A DNA stretch of 64,000 nt. It comes from Piedraia hortae CBS 480.64 (lineage: Eukaryota). Under the pieces are notes generated by a model. That model saw only the letters and a list, made by a program, of their open reading frames with translations, searched no databases and was not told the origin of the DNA. Where the stretch lies: contig MU005996.1 of the NCBI GenBank assembly GCA_010093745.1, positions 1 to 64,000 of the forward strand, read 5' to 3'. Numbering within the stretch: the first letter of the stretch is position 1; each line of letters starts with the position of its first letter. A program made the position numbers and the translations under genes. Shown piece after piece: positions 1 to 12,499 of this stretch.

Positions 1-6
1 CGTGAA

Positions 7-64
7 GTCGAGAGCCGAGCGACGGTTACTAATAATGCGCGTAATATACCGCATATTCACAACA
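7..64 (+). repeat. 3' end of a second dispersed repeat (probable LTR ending ...CACAACA) abutting the family A LTR
   Basis: GTCGAGAGCCGAGC...TATACCGCAT...TCACAACA recurs at about 34961-35017. Confidence 0.6.
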
Positions 65-231
65 CGTTGTCCTGGCAAATGCGGTTAGACTGAGGTAGTG
101 TGGGGGAGGTTTCGAACCTCACCTCATAGAGATAGAGATCGACATTACACATTTTTCAGTAAAAGTTGAGTGAAAACTTTTGTCGTTAACATCCACTCCG
201 CTCTAGTCCTCGGAGGTTCACCCATCCGACA
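65..231 (-). mobile_element. Partial LTR, family A (307-bp TG...CA family), cut off at position 65 by another repeat
   Basis: Near-identical to 37893-38061 and the reverse complement of 41065-41232. Ends in ...CCGACA, the LTR 5' TGTCGG on the minus strand. Confidence 0.85.
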
Positions 232-1081
232 GATGTGAAAAGTGGGTGTAGGGTAGTGTAGATCAAAGGAAATTTAATTTAGAGGAAAGTTTCCTTGTAT
301 GGGCCACAAACGTAGACGATTGAACTACCTCCCCAGGAAATATGCAGGCTACTGGTCCAGCTGTATCGGTCCTGACGGGTGGGTGTCGGGGGTGCTGACT
401 CTTTATTGAGGAACGGCCATAACAATTCCCGTCGCAGAAACAATCTAGCCTAGTTTTATTCGAAGTGGTATGTTACGCTTGAAGTCATCAGAGCGGTGGA
501 GGGATCAAGCGGTCCCGCAAGGATACGGGGGGGTTTGATTTATAACCTGAGGGTTTTTCAGACAAAGAACGATGGGGCTGAGGTGGCGCGTTTATGGATT
601 AAGGATGCTTTAGAGATGAGGTGCAGCCTTCATGAGAAGGGATATTCAGAGATGGAGTTTCCGAGGCTCCGATGACGAGAATGTAGCTGCGTTAGAAGAA
701 GACCTTTAGTTAGAATATGGATATCCAGGTATTTATCTGTATATTGCTCACATATTCAGTGAACTACAATTCCAATGTCATCGGATGAACACAAAGCTGT
801 CATGGGAATTGGAAATGATATACATGGAATCGAGCCAAAACAGTAACCGTGTTGATACATGATTATCCTCGAAACAATCATTAATAGCCGTTGTTTGCGA
901 TCATGATAATCAGTCCGTCCTCGAGATGATAATCACCGGTGATCTGGTCGGAATTTAATGATGGTCAGTGATAATAATACCTTGTCTACGTTGTGTCACA
1001 AATGATCATCAAACAATACATTACAGAATGAGTGCCGATGATAACCTGGCAGTGTATATACCAAGGAGGCACTTGCAATCT

Positions 1082-4000
1082 TCATATAAATACAGGATAG
1101 GATGACAATGACAAGCTTGGGTGGGCACACCATTGTGGCCAGTTCTCCTCATCGGTGTTACCAGTCCCATCAGCCTCATCCTCCTCTTGATCAGTATTAT
1201 CTCGATCTTCACCTTTGTCATACACTGTTATACGGTCCTCATTCAATTCGAGATATTTTTCACTGTAATAGATGTGCGAGACATCTTCGTGAGGAGGACC
1301 GAATTTATACACGCGGAGTGAATCGCAAATTTCGTTCAAGCAGCGGCAATGTACCCGAAGCTCATTGATCTTGGATAACCACTTCTTTGTGAACCTTAGC
1401 AACGTCAAATCGTTCATATTGGATGTCATGGCAATGGTGTTCCCTCGTATTGAAGTCTCAAATTTACCGTTTCCAGGCGGCATTGACATAAACTTGCAGT
1501 TGCCAAACATAATCCACCTAGTCTTGTGGTCTATGTCCAGGCGCCAGCTTGATGAACTATAACCAAGGCTTTCGACAGTTTGCTCAGGATAGTGCACTCT
1601 ATAGTAGCACGCCCTCGGTCGATTTGGCTTCAAACTGTCTTCTTGCATCGGTCTTGGGAGTATTTCCAGTTTTGCTGGCTGACCATCTGCCCACTGAGGC
1701 TCAAAGTCGGGGGCTGCCTCGTCCGCTTTCCAGTACCACACCATGTCAGGCCAGTAGGCTGATACCTGGATCTTGCCGCTCAGTGAGAAGGAAAGGCCTC
1801 TCACCTTGAAAACTCCCAGTAAGACGGATTGCACCTGGCCGTTTTTTGCATCTAAAACCTGAAAAATACATCGTTCCGACAAATCACTGCTTAAGGCGGT
1901 TGCAACAATTTCGCCGTTTGAAGAAAATGCGTTTACTGTGCTTGTGTCATACGTAAACCTGGCCCCGCATGGACGGCTTATGGTCAATGGGCTGGACTTC
2001 CACACAATCCTTCCTGATCTTGCATCCCAAAGCGCCGCGGGTTCGAATCGAAGTGCTCCTAGGGCTTTCTTCTCGTCGGGTGAAATTAAGAAGGGAACTT
2101 CTTGAGTTGGATCCTCTTCAGGTTCAACTGACCTGAGTTCGCCAGTCTGAGATTTGGAAAAGACGAATCGGCATGTCAGATCGAACTCCTTGGGGCTTCT
2201 TGATACCGACAGTCCTGTTTCTGTGTCCCATAGCTGCACAATTCCATTGGCTGACTTTGTTGCTAGCGTCCGTCCATCGCGTGAAAGAGTCATTTGCCTG
2301 AGATCTTCAACTGTGTTCAGAGAGATGGTCCTAATCGTTCCTTCTCTCGAGTCCCAATGCTGTAGAGAACTTCGTTCCGATGTTACCGCCACTGTGTATC
2401 CATCAGGCATGATTTTGATGTCAGTCATCCTGTTATTTGCAATAGAGTCTCGCGCTTGCAATGCCACTTTGGTGTCCAGAACCTTCACAAGGTCGGTGTA
2501 CAGTATCACCACTTTGTCGCCTTTGGGCATGACTGCAAGACCCCTCGAGGCCCGACAATCCAAGGGTGTAGGAATATAACTCACCTCTCCTGTCTCCAAA
2601 TTCAACAAATGGATATTGCCATTCCCATGCAGGCCAGCTACAGTTTCCCCTTCAGACGAGAATGAGAACAACCAGAAGTCAGAAGAGTAGAACTTGAGCT
2701 GACGTTCCAATAACTTCTTAGCCAAGTTCCAAAGACACAATGTTCCATCGGAAGACACCGATACCAACAATCGTCCGTTTTGTGTGAATGACAGCTCCTT
2801 AACCGGGGTTGAATGACCGGTAAAGCATGCCTCCTCAGTTCCTGTCTTTGCATTCCAAAGGCGCACAGATTCATCTTCCAATGAAACCGCAATGACTCTG
2901 CTATCTGGTGAGAACTTGTACCTGCAGTGTTGGAACTTGATTCCCACTGGGCCAAATCTTCTTGGAACGGCCTCTCCGTTGTATAAGGTCCACGTGACCG
3001 CATCATAGTCAAACACAGCGATCGTTTGCAGATTCGGCGAGATAGCCAGACTCCAAATGTTGTCAGAAGGATTGAGTGAAAACATATCTGAGCTTGGAGA
3101 TTTGTCTTCTCTCTCAAAAATAGTTTCAACTGAAAGTGACTTCGTGTCCCACAAGAATATGCGAGACATGCCAACCCCAAGAAGTCGTTCGCGGTTGGGC
3201 AGAAAGTCAAGATATGTCAGATGATCACCTTCGCCAGGGGGCTGATCTAGCACTTTGTGAATGTTGGTTTCCGTGTCCCAAATCACAGTTGCTCGGCGGC
3301 TACTTGCTGCTACCTCCCTCCCGTCGGGTGACACAGCAACAACTTTGAATTCCCCATCATTGCGGAGAGTACCAAGTTCTGCACTCCAATCGTCCGCTAT
3401 CAGCGAATTGACTTCCAGAGACTTATCAATCACATGCCTGAATCGGGCCTTAACGATGCTTTTTGACGGGGCAAAAACCAATGCCGACATATATATCTGG
3501 AATGGTGCCCGGACTATAATGTTTCGGAAATATTGGACCCATCGAATCGCATCGCTCAGAAAACTCTTAAGGTCTTCATTTGTGACATCCGCGGTAGGGG
3601 GCTGTGTATCGGAGCTAATGTCGAGCACCGATCGTAGATTCTTGACGCTTCCGAGTGGGTCATCTAATTTACCGAGCCAGCACATGGTCTCTATCCAGTG
3701 CAGGAAGTGCTTTTGGAAGAAGGCATTGGCACGTTGAAGTGCATTCCGATATAGCCCACTTTCCATCAGATGGCCCATCCAGTATTGGGCGGCGTATGTT
3801 TCAGCCTTAGAAATATGCTCTCCAACTTGTATTTCGCTGACAGCCGTCCCAGGACACATCGAACCACACATGCCCCCTTCCATAACATTGTTCGGATCGC
3901 CCATGCCGCGTTTTTGAAAGCCGGCCTCCAGTAACTCCAGGCACTTCACGAATAGCACACCATGCATGCTCAGTACATCCACACCGAACTTAGCCTGATC

Positions 4001-6043
4001 TTCGCCATCGATCTTGACGAGAAAGTCTCGAAAGGAGAGATGAAACATGTTGATTGGCCCTGTGTCATTTTTGGGAACGTGAATAACTGAACGGAGTGGA
4101 TTTAGAGCCTGCCTGGTCTTCAACATCGGGCAGCCGAGTAGTTGGGATAGAGCCTCCACTGAGAGAGTATTGCGCAACACAGTGAGTGGCTTCACGATGT
4201 GCTGGAAAGACCTCACCCAGGTGGGCCCTTTGGCATCTCTGCCGTACAGCTCAGCTTGCTTCAGTATCTGAAGATACATGGTTCCTAGACCATATGTTGA
4301 TATGTCGTACTTCACGTTCAGAAGAGATTCTAGTTGCGATTCAGGGACCCCGTCCCTAAGCAGCCGACAGGCAGTTGCTGCTGCGATGAAAAGGGGTTGG
4401 GAGTTTGAGACCAATAGCTCAAGAGCGGCGAGCCCGGGCCAGTTGTCGTCGAGTCCATCACGGCGACGAATTTCCTTGAAAGTTTGTTGGAAGACAAGGC
4501 GAACATCACTTTCGATTGTGGGTTTCTGCTCTTTGTCCAGATCTTTGTGCACATGATTGTTGACATGAAATACGAACTTCTTTGCGTGATCTGGACGGCT
4601 CGTTATAATGACTCGTAGGTTAATCGTGCTAATGTTGACAAGTTTTGCGAGTTGGAACAAGACAGTCTTGATGTTGTCACTGTCATCGCACTCGTCTAGG
4701 GAGTCGATTACGAAGAGCAGTGGAGTGGTTGAATCATCGATGGAGACGTTCTGAAGGGGCTTTCGTAAAAGCCTTTCGAACTGAATCTCCAAGTGCTTTT
4801 CACAAGTCTGTGAGTCCTCCCGAAGGGCTCTTGCAATGGCTTTACCAACACTGGGCAGCTTACTAGACAGTTGCTTGGCAATGGTTGGGACCAAAGACGA
4901 GAGCTTGCCCAGATCACCACTTCCGCGTTCAAAGAAGAAACTTGCTACCAAAAACCCTCTTTCCAAATCCGTGTTTCTGGCTACAGTTCGTGCAAGTGTA
5001 GTCTTTCCAGTACCCGCCGATCCTTCCAACCAAAAAATCCTTCTGCGCTTGGAGGGATGTTCAATCCAACGAGCGAGATCCCGCAAGATTGCCACACGAG
5101 TACCTGGGATACAGAAAGAATTTTGAGCATCATATATTGCCTTTTTCGCCTCCTTAAGATTCGTCAAGTCCAGTTTCAGATTGGCGGAGTTCATGCTTGC
5201 CACTTGTGACATAGCGCTTGCAAGCTCTGTGTCAAGCTGCTCGATTTGACAGGTCAGGCCTTCCATCCAGCCGCCTTGCTTTTCACGGTCGCACAAGTCC
5301 ATCCAATTTTGCACCCTTTGCTGCAGATCCACACAGCGCTGTTTCATGCCACCGAGGTTATGCTTGTTCCTGACGATGCTGCAAAAATCTTCTAAGGCGT
5401 TTTGCGATTGTGCCAGTATTGCATTCGCTGATATTCGATAGACTTGAGCGAAAAGATCAATCAGATCATGTTGCAGCCTCTCGGTTGAGTTCGACCGAGG
5501 GAGCTTGCAAAACCAATTGTGATAGATTGGCAACAAGCAGCAAGTGTACATGACAGTATCGAGCGCATCGACAAGTGATTGTCGTTGGGATTCGCGCTCA
5601 ACCGCTAGCTATGGGCGCATGGTTAGATTCCCTCCGATCTCACTTGATCAACCACCCTGACTTACTACGATAAGCATATGTATACCACCCCAGACTCCAC
5701 CAAGGGGCAGGGCTTTCGTGCTTGCAAATGCAGCACCGGACTCCTTGAAACGATCGAGACTAGCCAGAAATCTTTCAACCCTCTTCATAACTCCGCTTCC
5801 GTTCTTTGCAAGTTTCGCAACCTCCTCGAGCCTTTTCGCGTTGTGTCCAATCGTTATCAGATCCTCGATGGCGTTGCTGTTCTGCTTCAATTGGAGCACA
5901 GCACGCTCACGGTCCTCTAGACGATCGAGCACCATTTCCTGTAGCTGGCGTGGGTTCTTCGGGTCCTTGGAGCCCGCTCCAGCCGCCGATTGCCATTGTT
6001 TGAACCGCGACTTTGCGTCAAATCGACCACCTTTGCGAGCCAT
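1082..6043 (-). CDS. NACHT-WD40 (NWD/HET-E-like) fungal NLR protein, intact, 2 exons (6043-5666, 5608-1082)
   Basis: Walker A WLEGSAGTGKTT, Walker B FVIDSLDEC, FHLSFRDFL, and WD40 repeats such as VRLWNAKTG...FTGHSTPV. Intron 5665-5609 has a GTAAGT donor, CTAAC branch and TAG acceptor, and joins MLIV to LAVERESQ in frame. The start ATG was chosen by alignment to the paralogue at 56672; an alternative ATG lies at 6112. Confidence 0.9.
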
Positions 6044-6690
6044 TTCGTGGAGTCGCTGAGGTGAGTTGAGCCAAGCAGAGAGGCACGATAGACGTTGTCT
6101 CCACAGCCACATTTAGGGCCGGACTCAGCCTTCGATTACCTGCAGCTGCACCATGCAATGATTCGTACATCCAGCCTCGGGAGCCGCACAAGATGTTATG
6201 TTTCCACGATTTCAAGTATTGCATGTTTAATGCTCATCGTACATCATAAATTCAGTTCAAATACAGAAGGTCCAAGGTTCTGATGAATTCGTAAAGTGAA
6301 ACTCAATGAATGGTTGGATATGCAAGATCCCGCTCGCTGCTACTATTTTTAACTTCGTTTGACCTTGGGATCAATCTGCGCGACTGGTAAGCGTACGAGA
6401 GTCAGCAGGCTGACCAACACGTCAATCACATCTAGCACACTGCCCAAAGCACAAAGCCATTTTCGCTGGAAGCAAGAGCACTGAGATGTATGCCGGTCAC
6501 ATCTCTTTGGCCATCAGAATTGATTCATTCGTGACCCATCACCCGGCCAGGCTCCTATTTGCGGCGAAACTACCTACGGTCCATCCGACACAACACTCAC
6601 GAAACGTGGAACACAAACTGGGGGTTGTGATGTCATTAAGCGGGATTTGGCGGGCCGTTCCGAGCAACTTGGCGGGTTTGTGGAACAAAC

Positions 6691-6993
6691 TGTGGGAGGA
6701 TGGGACATGCAATGGTGTGTGAGGCACGTATACGTGTGACTCTGAACGTGTATGTAGATGTCGAGGTCATGTAGTGTGGTGAAGTGCGGAACTTCACCCC
6801 ACGCCAACCCAGGTCTAGCCGTTTTCACTGAGGCCCCGTCACCGAGCACGCACAGAGCATGAACGGCACCGTTCCTTGTCCCAGGGAAAACTTCCTATGG
6901 ACTTATGAACTCTGAGAAGCATCGACCTCTATCTAAGCCTGCAGGTGCGACCTGGCTGTATACTATATGAGAGGGTTTACCGTCTCACACACA
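6691..6993 (+). mobile_element. Diverged solo LTR related to family A
   Basis: TGTGGGA...TCTCACA(CA)n termini, CAAAC on both flanks (6686-6690 and 6994-6998), about 303 bp. Shares GCATGAACG...CAGGGAAAACTTCCT...AGAAG..TCGAC.TCTATCTA with family A. Confidence 0.65.
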
Positions 6994-7782
6994 CAAACCA
7001 TAATACCCAAGAATAGACAGCTTCTAAGATGGCAAAGCCGCTATCAGCACACAGATCTCACATGCTTTCCACGTATCAAGTGGATATTGCGTCCGAGTGA
7101 ATGCGTTCTGCGGTTTAGTGCGGAATTGGCGCCTTGGCGAACACAAACACACACACACGTGTTCATCCTTTCACCATCGTCTGTTTCCCTTCTCAAACAA
7201 GTTGACACCTTCATTTGTTGGATTCGGACTAGGCATCTGTACCACTCCATCTTTGGGGGATCCGAAAAGAATGATACCATTTAGGTCGTCGACACATGTT
7301 CACATGCGATGCGCAATTGCGCCCGTCTTCGCCGCATAACAACGTTTTGGTGAACAGACAAGAGGTAAGTCTGTGAACGCATCGCGCCTAAGTTCATGAG
7401 GCACCAACCGCAAATCTGAAGTAGGATATTAAAACAGTAGCCTTGCTTTGCGGCCCCATTTCCCCAATGAACTGATATAAAATCAGCAAGGCAATTGACG
7501 TTCACTTCCGTGGATGCATCTTGAAAGTATCTTCATAGTCTTCCCCTAATAACAACTTCATTTTCAGTTCGACGCAAATTCGATATACCCCTCCCACATT
7601 CCTCGCCACCAAAACCTATTCGTTGCCACAACCACTGTCAAACAACACGGAACAAACGCGGTGGTATCAATGCACTAAGTAATCAAAATCTCTCCAACTT
7701 CCCAATTCAACAAAATTTTGCGTTCCCCCTTCCACTTTCGCACACAACCCCGATCTTACCCACAACACGAATTAAGGAAACC

Positions 7783-8178
7783 ATGCGCCGCCTCTCCACT
7801 CCCAAAAAACCTAATCCAACTCTGAAGCGTGCTCCCCAGACTCCTGTCGATATCTCCAAGCTAGTCGATCGCATGTTGCACTTCGAAGCTGGTCCGATTG
7901 CGGAGACTGCGCCATCGGCTCCCCGTAAGCGCGCTAGGGCCATGGACGATTCGCCCTTGCACTCGCGTTCGTCCTTGGCTAAGGTTTCTGGAAAAAAGAA
8001 AAAGCAGACGACGCTGGAGTTTCAGCCGGTGAAGCGCAGGCGCGCGATTGACAAAAAGGACACTTTGCCGAGTTCGCCGCTCAAGGCAGTTTCGATCGAT
8101 GATGTGCTGGATGAAGACAACGATCGCGCGAAGAAAGATGAGGATGTGGAGGAGGAATCTGACGGAGATGGAGAATAG
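7783..8178 (+). CDS. Hypothetical 131-aa protein, basic with an acidic C-terminus and NLS-like motifs
   Basis: ATG-started ORF in AAACCATG context, with PRKRAR and KKKK...VKRRR clusters. No family recognised. Confidence 0.45.
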   Translation: MRRLSTPKKPNPTLKRAPQTPVDISKLVDRMLHFEAGPIAETAPSAPRKRARAMDDSPLHSRSSLAKVSGKKKKQTTLEFQPVKRRRAIDKKDTLPSSPLKAVSIDDVLDEDNDRAKKDEDVEEESDGDGE

Positions 8179-8991
8179 AAGACAAGTTCGCAAAGAGTGT
8201 TTTACCCGGTGTGACGCTGATTGTGTCTTTTTCTTTCTTTCTTTGTGCTGTGGTTCCTGGAAGGGTTTGCAGTGGTATGCTTTTCAGAGTTAACAGTGGC
8301 AAGAGCTATACGAAGCAGGTTTGATGCAGTATCTTTACGAGACTTGCGCGTGCGGGCAGTCACTGCGGAGTTTTGAACAACGATGTTCCACGGTGTTTAA
8401 TGAGCTTCGTGTGGAGCTTGTTCAGGTTCCTACTGGTTAAGCCCGAACAGCTGCCGCGGCCGAACATCAAAAGGAGCCCTCATGTGGGTCTATAAGGGCT
8501 TTCTCACTGGATGAGGATTATCAGAAGTTGGATCGACAATTCTCAGTTTGATCTTGTGACTTATCATTCAAAGTCTTTCGATCTGAACAAACTGTCGAGA
8601 AGAGTACACGGTTTTGATGAGAGGTCTGCCGTTTGGACGGACCGCTCTGATAGACTGCAGATAATTGTGCCGATGATATAGAAGCAATAGCCGCTTTGTA
8701 TTCCAGCACGCAGGTGAGACTCTTTTTGATCATCGCAAGATTCAATGTACTTGTGGTGCAATTGGTGGCAAAGTCAGTCTTTATTAAGCATTGGAAACAA
8801 TGGGTCATTCGACACCGAAAACGCCGATCGGCCTCTTTACTTTGGCATTTTGATTGTTTCCGTACTATAAAGTTTTGCTGCTCAACATCTTTCAGACTAG
8901 CAGAGACGTGTATGCGCTGCTCACGGGAATGCTGACTGACGACATAATGTGACTAAATCAGGGTGGCTCCTCCCACTTTCGGGACTGGCGT

Positions 8992-10104
8992 GTGGGGCTT
9001 GGACGAATCACCTTACATACAACATCGACACCGTCACCTGTGTCAAGCGCGATCCCAATTTTTGGGTCTAACGAATCAGCCATGGCTTTTTCTTCTCCCT
9101 CCAAACGGTTGCCGACAGCGACGCCAGGCACCTTCTGGCCCACTCATATGGAACTGCAAGATCACCAGCCACTGCTGCGTAAACTCAGAGAGCTGGGATT
9201 TGACAATCCAGACCCGGAAGAGATGAAGATAGAAATAACCCTGCACGAAGATCTGTATCACAAATTTATCACGCGGTACGGTGCGGATCATCCACTGGTA
9301 CATATCGTATCTACCACGTTAGGCTTCATCTTCATGTACCTGGGAGAGCTACAATCGGCGTACTATCTGCTGCTCGAAGTGCGAAATGCATTATGGGCAA
9401 AAACAGCCAGGGATAATGCGGCCATATTGGAACTTAATCAGCATCTTGGCAAGATAATGCTTGAACTGAATCTTACAGACGATGCGGATGACTGCGTAAA
9501 CTTGGCTTGGTCAGGTTATATGAGCGTGTTTCCAGCATCCAATATCATGGTACTCGAGACGGCACAAGCCATGGGCGAGATTTATTTGGAGCAAGACGAA
9601 CCAAAACAAGCCACTGACATGTTTGAGGCCGCACTTATTGGAATGACAACGACTCTAGGTGGTACGCACCTTCACACAATCCGCGTGCTATATGATATCG
9701 GTGTGATGCATCTTGATCGGAATGAGTTGTCCGCCGCTAAGGATAAAATGACGCTCGCACTCTCGCGGGCGAAGAGAGCACTGAAGCCATGTTCCTTTCT
9801 GATATACAAGTTGTATCTGCAATTGGCATTTATTTATCTCGCGATGGGTCAGTCCGAAGCGGGGAAAGACTACGTCAAAGATGCGCTTAAGCAGTCGGGC
9901 GAGGTTTTCAGTCACGACAACTCGTTTCTTCGTGGATTATTGGAATTTTTAGGCGGCGAGGGTGGTTTGCTAGACGCTGTTAATAAAAGCAACCAAAAGA
10001 ACTTCAAAGAAAAGCACGCCAAGGACAGACAAGAGCAAAGTTCGTTTTGCAGAAGGGACCTGAACCGGAGATATGAGTATTGCGACTCGAGCGGCCCCTT
10101 GTAG
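8992..10104 (+). CDS. TPR-repeat protein (TPR_10/TPR_12, kinesin-light-chain-like repeats); likely ATG at 9082 or 9148
   Basis: About 42-aa repeats such as YGADHPLVHIVSTTLG and LGGTHLHTIRVLYDIGVMHL, matching the LGxxHPxTL...LG pattern. Confidence 0.7.
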   Translation: MGLGRITLHTTSTPSPVSSAIPIFGSNESAMAFSSPSKRLPTATPGTFWPTHMELQDHQPLLRKLRELGFDNPDPEEMKIEITLHEDLYHKFITRYGADHPLVHIVSTTLGFIFMYLGELQSAYYLLLEVRNALWAKTARDNAAILELNQHLGKIMLELNLTDDADDCVNLAWSGYMSVFPASNIMVLETAQAMGEIYLEQDEPKQATDMFEAALIGMTTTLGGTHLHTIRVLYDIGVMHLDRNELSAAKDKMTLALSRAKRALKPCSFLIYKLYLQLAFIYLAMGQSEAGKDYVKDALKQSGEVFSHDNSFLRGLLEFLGGEGGLLDAVNKSNQKNFKEKHAKDRQEQSSFCRRDLNRRYEYCDSSGPL

Positions 10105-11212
10105 AAGGGATAACCAAGATCTTTACGGATTAACGCGATTGTTTGACGCTATGATCGTGTGATCCACTTTCTAGTGTATTAAGGAATGATTGCTGGTAGG
10201 GGTCGATACCAGATTCCCTCCAGCAGATGGATTAATTGCGCATGTTTCAAAACAGTGCGGTAACTCACCACGCTGTAAATAACCTATCACAGCGATTTTC
10301 AGATCTTTTACTGTTTCATCTGGGCGCAAAATTTCATTATAATCCGAACTACTTGGACATCTTAACGACTTAATTTGAGCCACAACAAAGCAAGTGCTGG
10401 AAACGTAATGTAAACAGTAACTTTCAGGTTCTGTGCTACTGCAACGGTCAACTAATCAGCAGCTTTTATCCCTCATCCAGATTGACCAACACGAATGAAC
10501 ATCGGCGTTCCCCTAATTTATAGGATTTGCCAATGGGAGCCCTTCACTGAATGTGAGCTACGCTATCCTTAGGAGGTATGAAACGAAACATGACAGGATC
10601 AAATAACATAAGCGCATTGTCCGTGGTTTTGGAACACAGATGTACACCCATCCCATCGCTCGGGTCGAAACATGTCTTGCAATTATCGGGATCACACGTT
10701 GACAGAAGGTCGAGACGCACATGTTGGGGTTTCGGGAAAGTTTGAGGGCATTTTGGTCCATGGAACCGAACAAATCCTGGTAGCATGTGTGGTATCTCTC
10801 ATCTCAACGTCAACATGTCCCACCCGATCACCAATCTCAAAACGCCTCCCCACCAATTTCCCATTCAAGCTCCCTACACCAACGCGACCAGCCAGACCCA
10901 ACCCCTATCCCCACCCGGCCCACAAGTCAAAATAACCTCCACGTCCGACCCCAGACCCACTATGACAACCTGTCTATCGAACCCAAATCCAAATATGCAA
11001 CACCAACGGCCGAACACGTGGGGTTTAGGCAGGGGGTGTCGGTCCTCCCTATCACCCCAGCCGAAGTACCCAACGCCTCGGTCGGACCACCAAAGGGGTC
11101 ACATTAAAATCTTCCTAAACTCTATCTCGCTTTCCTTCTTCCCAAAAGACCTCCGCGTGAGACCATCCACTTTCGTTTCATCCTCCACTGTCCTTTCCCG
11201 CCCACAGCAACG

Positions 11213-11755
11213 ATGATGATAAACTGTCTCCCCATCCGCGTCTCACGCCCAAACCCCGAAAAAGTCCTCCGCGCACACGCAAAAACCGCTTTCCGCACCG
11301 TAAAACGCAAACTCAGCAACGACAGCCTCCGGAACCTTGGCGAGAAGCTACGTCGACGGAGCAGGGCCTCATCGCGTACATCTTCGCAGAGCTCGAATTT
11401 GGACTCCGTTGAGTCACCATCCCGGAATCAAAAGTCCTCGCGACAAGATTCGGGGTGGACGCAGAAGAGGGAGGTAAAACCTAAGGGGGTAAACCCGGCT
11501 TACCTGAAGAAGAATAAGACGATTCCGCCTCTAACGCCGGTGGTGTATGATCCCAAAGTGGAGGAGATGATGATGCCAGAGGCGACGGTGGTGGGTCACT
11601 GGAAGAGGCCGCGCGGGACTTGTGGTGATGATTTACGAGCTGTACAGAAGATGGCGCGGGAGAGGCGGTGGAAGGATGAAGCGGTTTTCGAGGAAGACGA
11701 TGCCATACGTCAGCCTAGGAAGATTAAACCGCCGCATGGGGAAATATTGTGGTAA
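11213..11755 (+). CDS. Hypothetical small basic protein, family X copy 1 (180 aa)
   Basis: Intact ORF with clear protein-level similarity to 62924-63466 (VNPAYL, TIP.L.PVV.D, KRP.G, WKD..VF, PPHGE.LW-stop). Confidence 0.75.
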   Translation: MMINCLPIRVSRPNPEKVLRAHAKTAFRTVKRKLSNDSLRNLGEKLRRRSRASSRTSSQSSNLDSVESPSRNQKSSRQDSGWTQKREVKPKGVNPAYLKKNKTIPPLTPVVYDPKVEEMMMPEATVVGHWKRPRGTCGDDLRAVQKMARERRWKDEAVFEEDDAIRQPRKIKPPHGEILW

Positions 11756-12499
11756 AAAGTTTGGGGTGGGTTGATCCTCCTGGAATTTTTTTCTTTTGAA
11801 AGGGTCATATGCAGGGACGCGTCTTAGGTTATCCTTCGCATGTATGCGATCTACCCTGTTGTTGCTACCTATGGATTAGGTTGAGGTATAAAAGTCTTGC
11901 GCACGGACAGGATGGATGAGGAGACTCGCATCGCGGAGAGGGGGGTGAGTGTGTAACCCCAATGTGAGGGATCCGGTGGAAAGGAAGTACGTCCCAACGT
12001 ATACTGTCATCTTTTGTGGAAGCCACAGATGGACGGAGGGCGTGGTAGGTATAGCGCGCGCGTACGCGGTACGCGCGCCGGACAAGTCATTCACATGTAA
12101 TGCGACGTCCAGCATGTCGTAACTTCTCTAATGTATGACAATCGTAATTGATAACTGCCATATGTCTGCTTGATATCGCTGCGCGAGATCCCAACAGTCC
12201 TTGGAACCATGTCTAAAGCATCTCCTTTGTGAACGTCATGCCTTACCCAGCCAAAACAATCGCTCCAAGGATGACATTTAGGTCTGGCAGTCTTCTCAAT
12301 GCCCATAGGCTTCACAAAAGTAGTTTCACATCGTATATTCACCTAAACTGCTCGGCCAACCTGTGCATATCTGCTTGCAGGCTATACTAATCCAGAACCA
12401 GAAATGGATTGGTCTCTCACCCCGATGACAAGCGAACAGGTTCTTTGTCCTATACAAGGGGCATGAAATTTGAAGGTAAATTCAGTAACAAAAACATCT

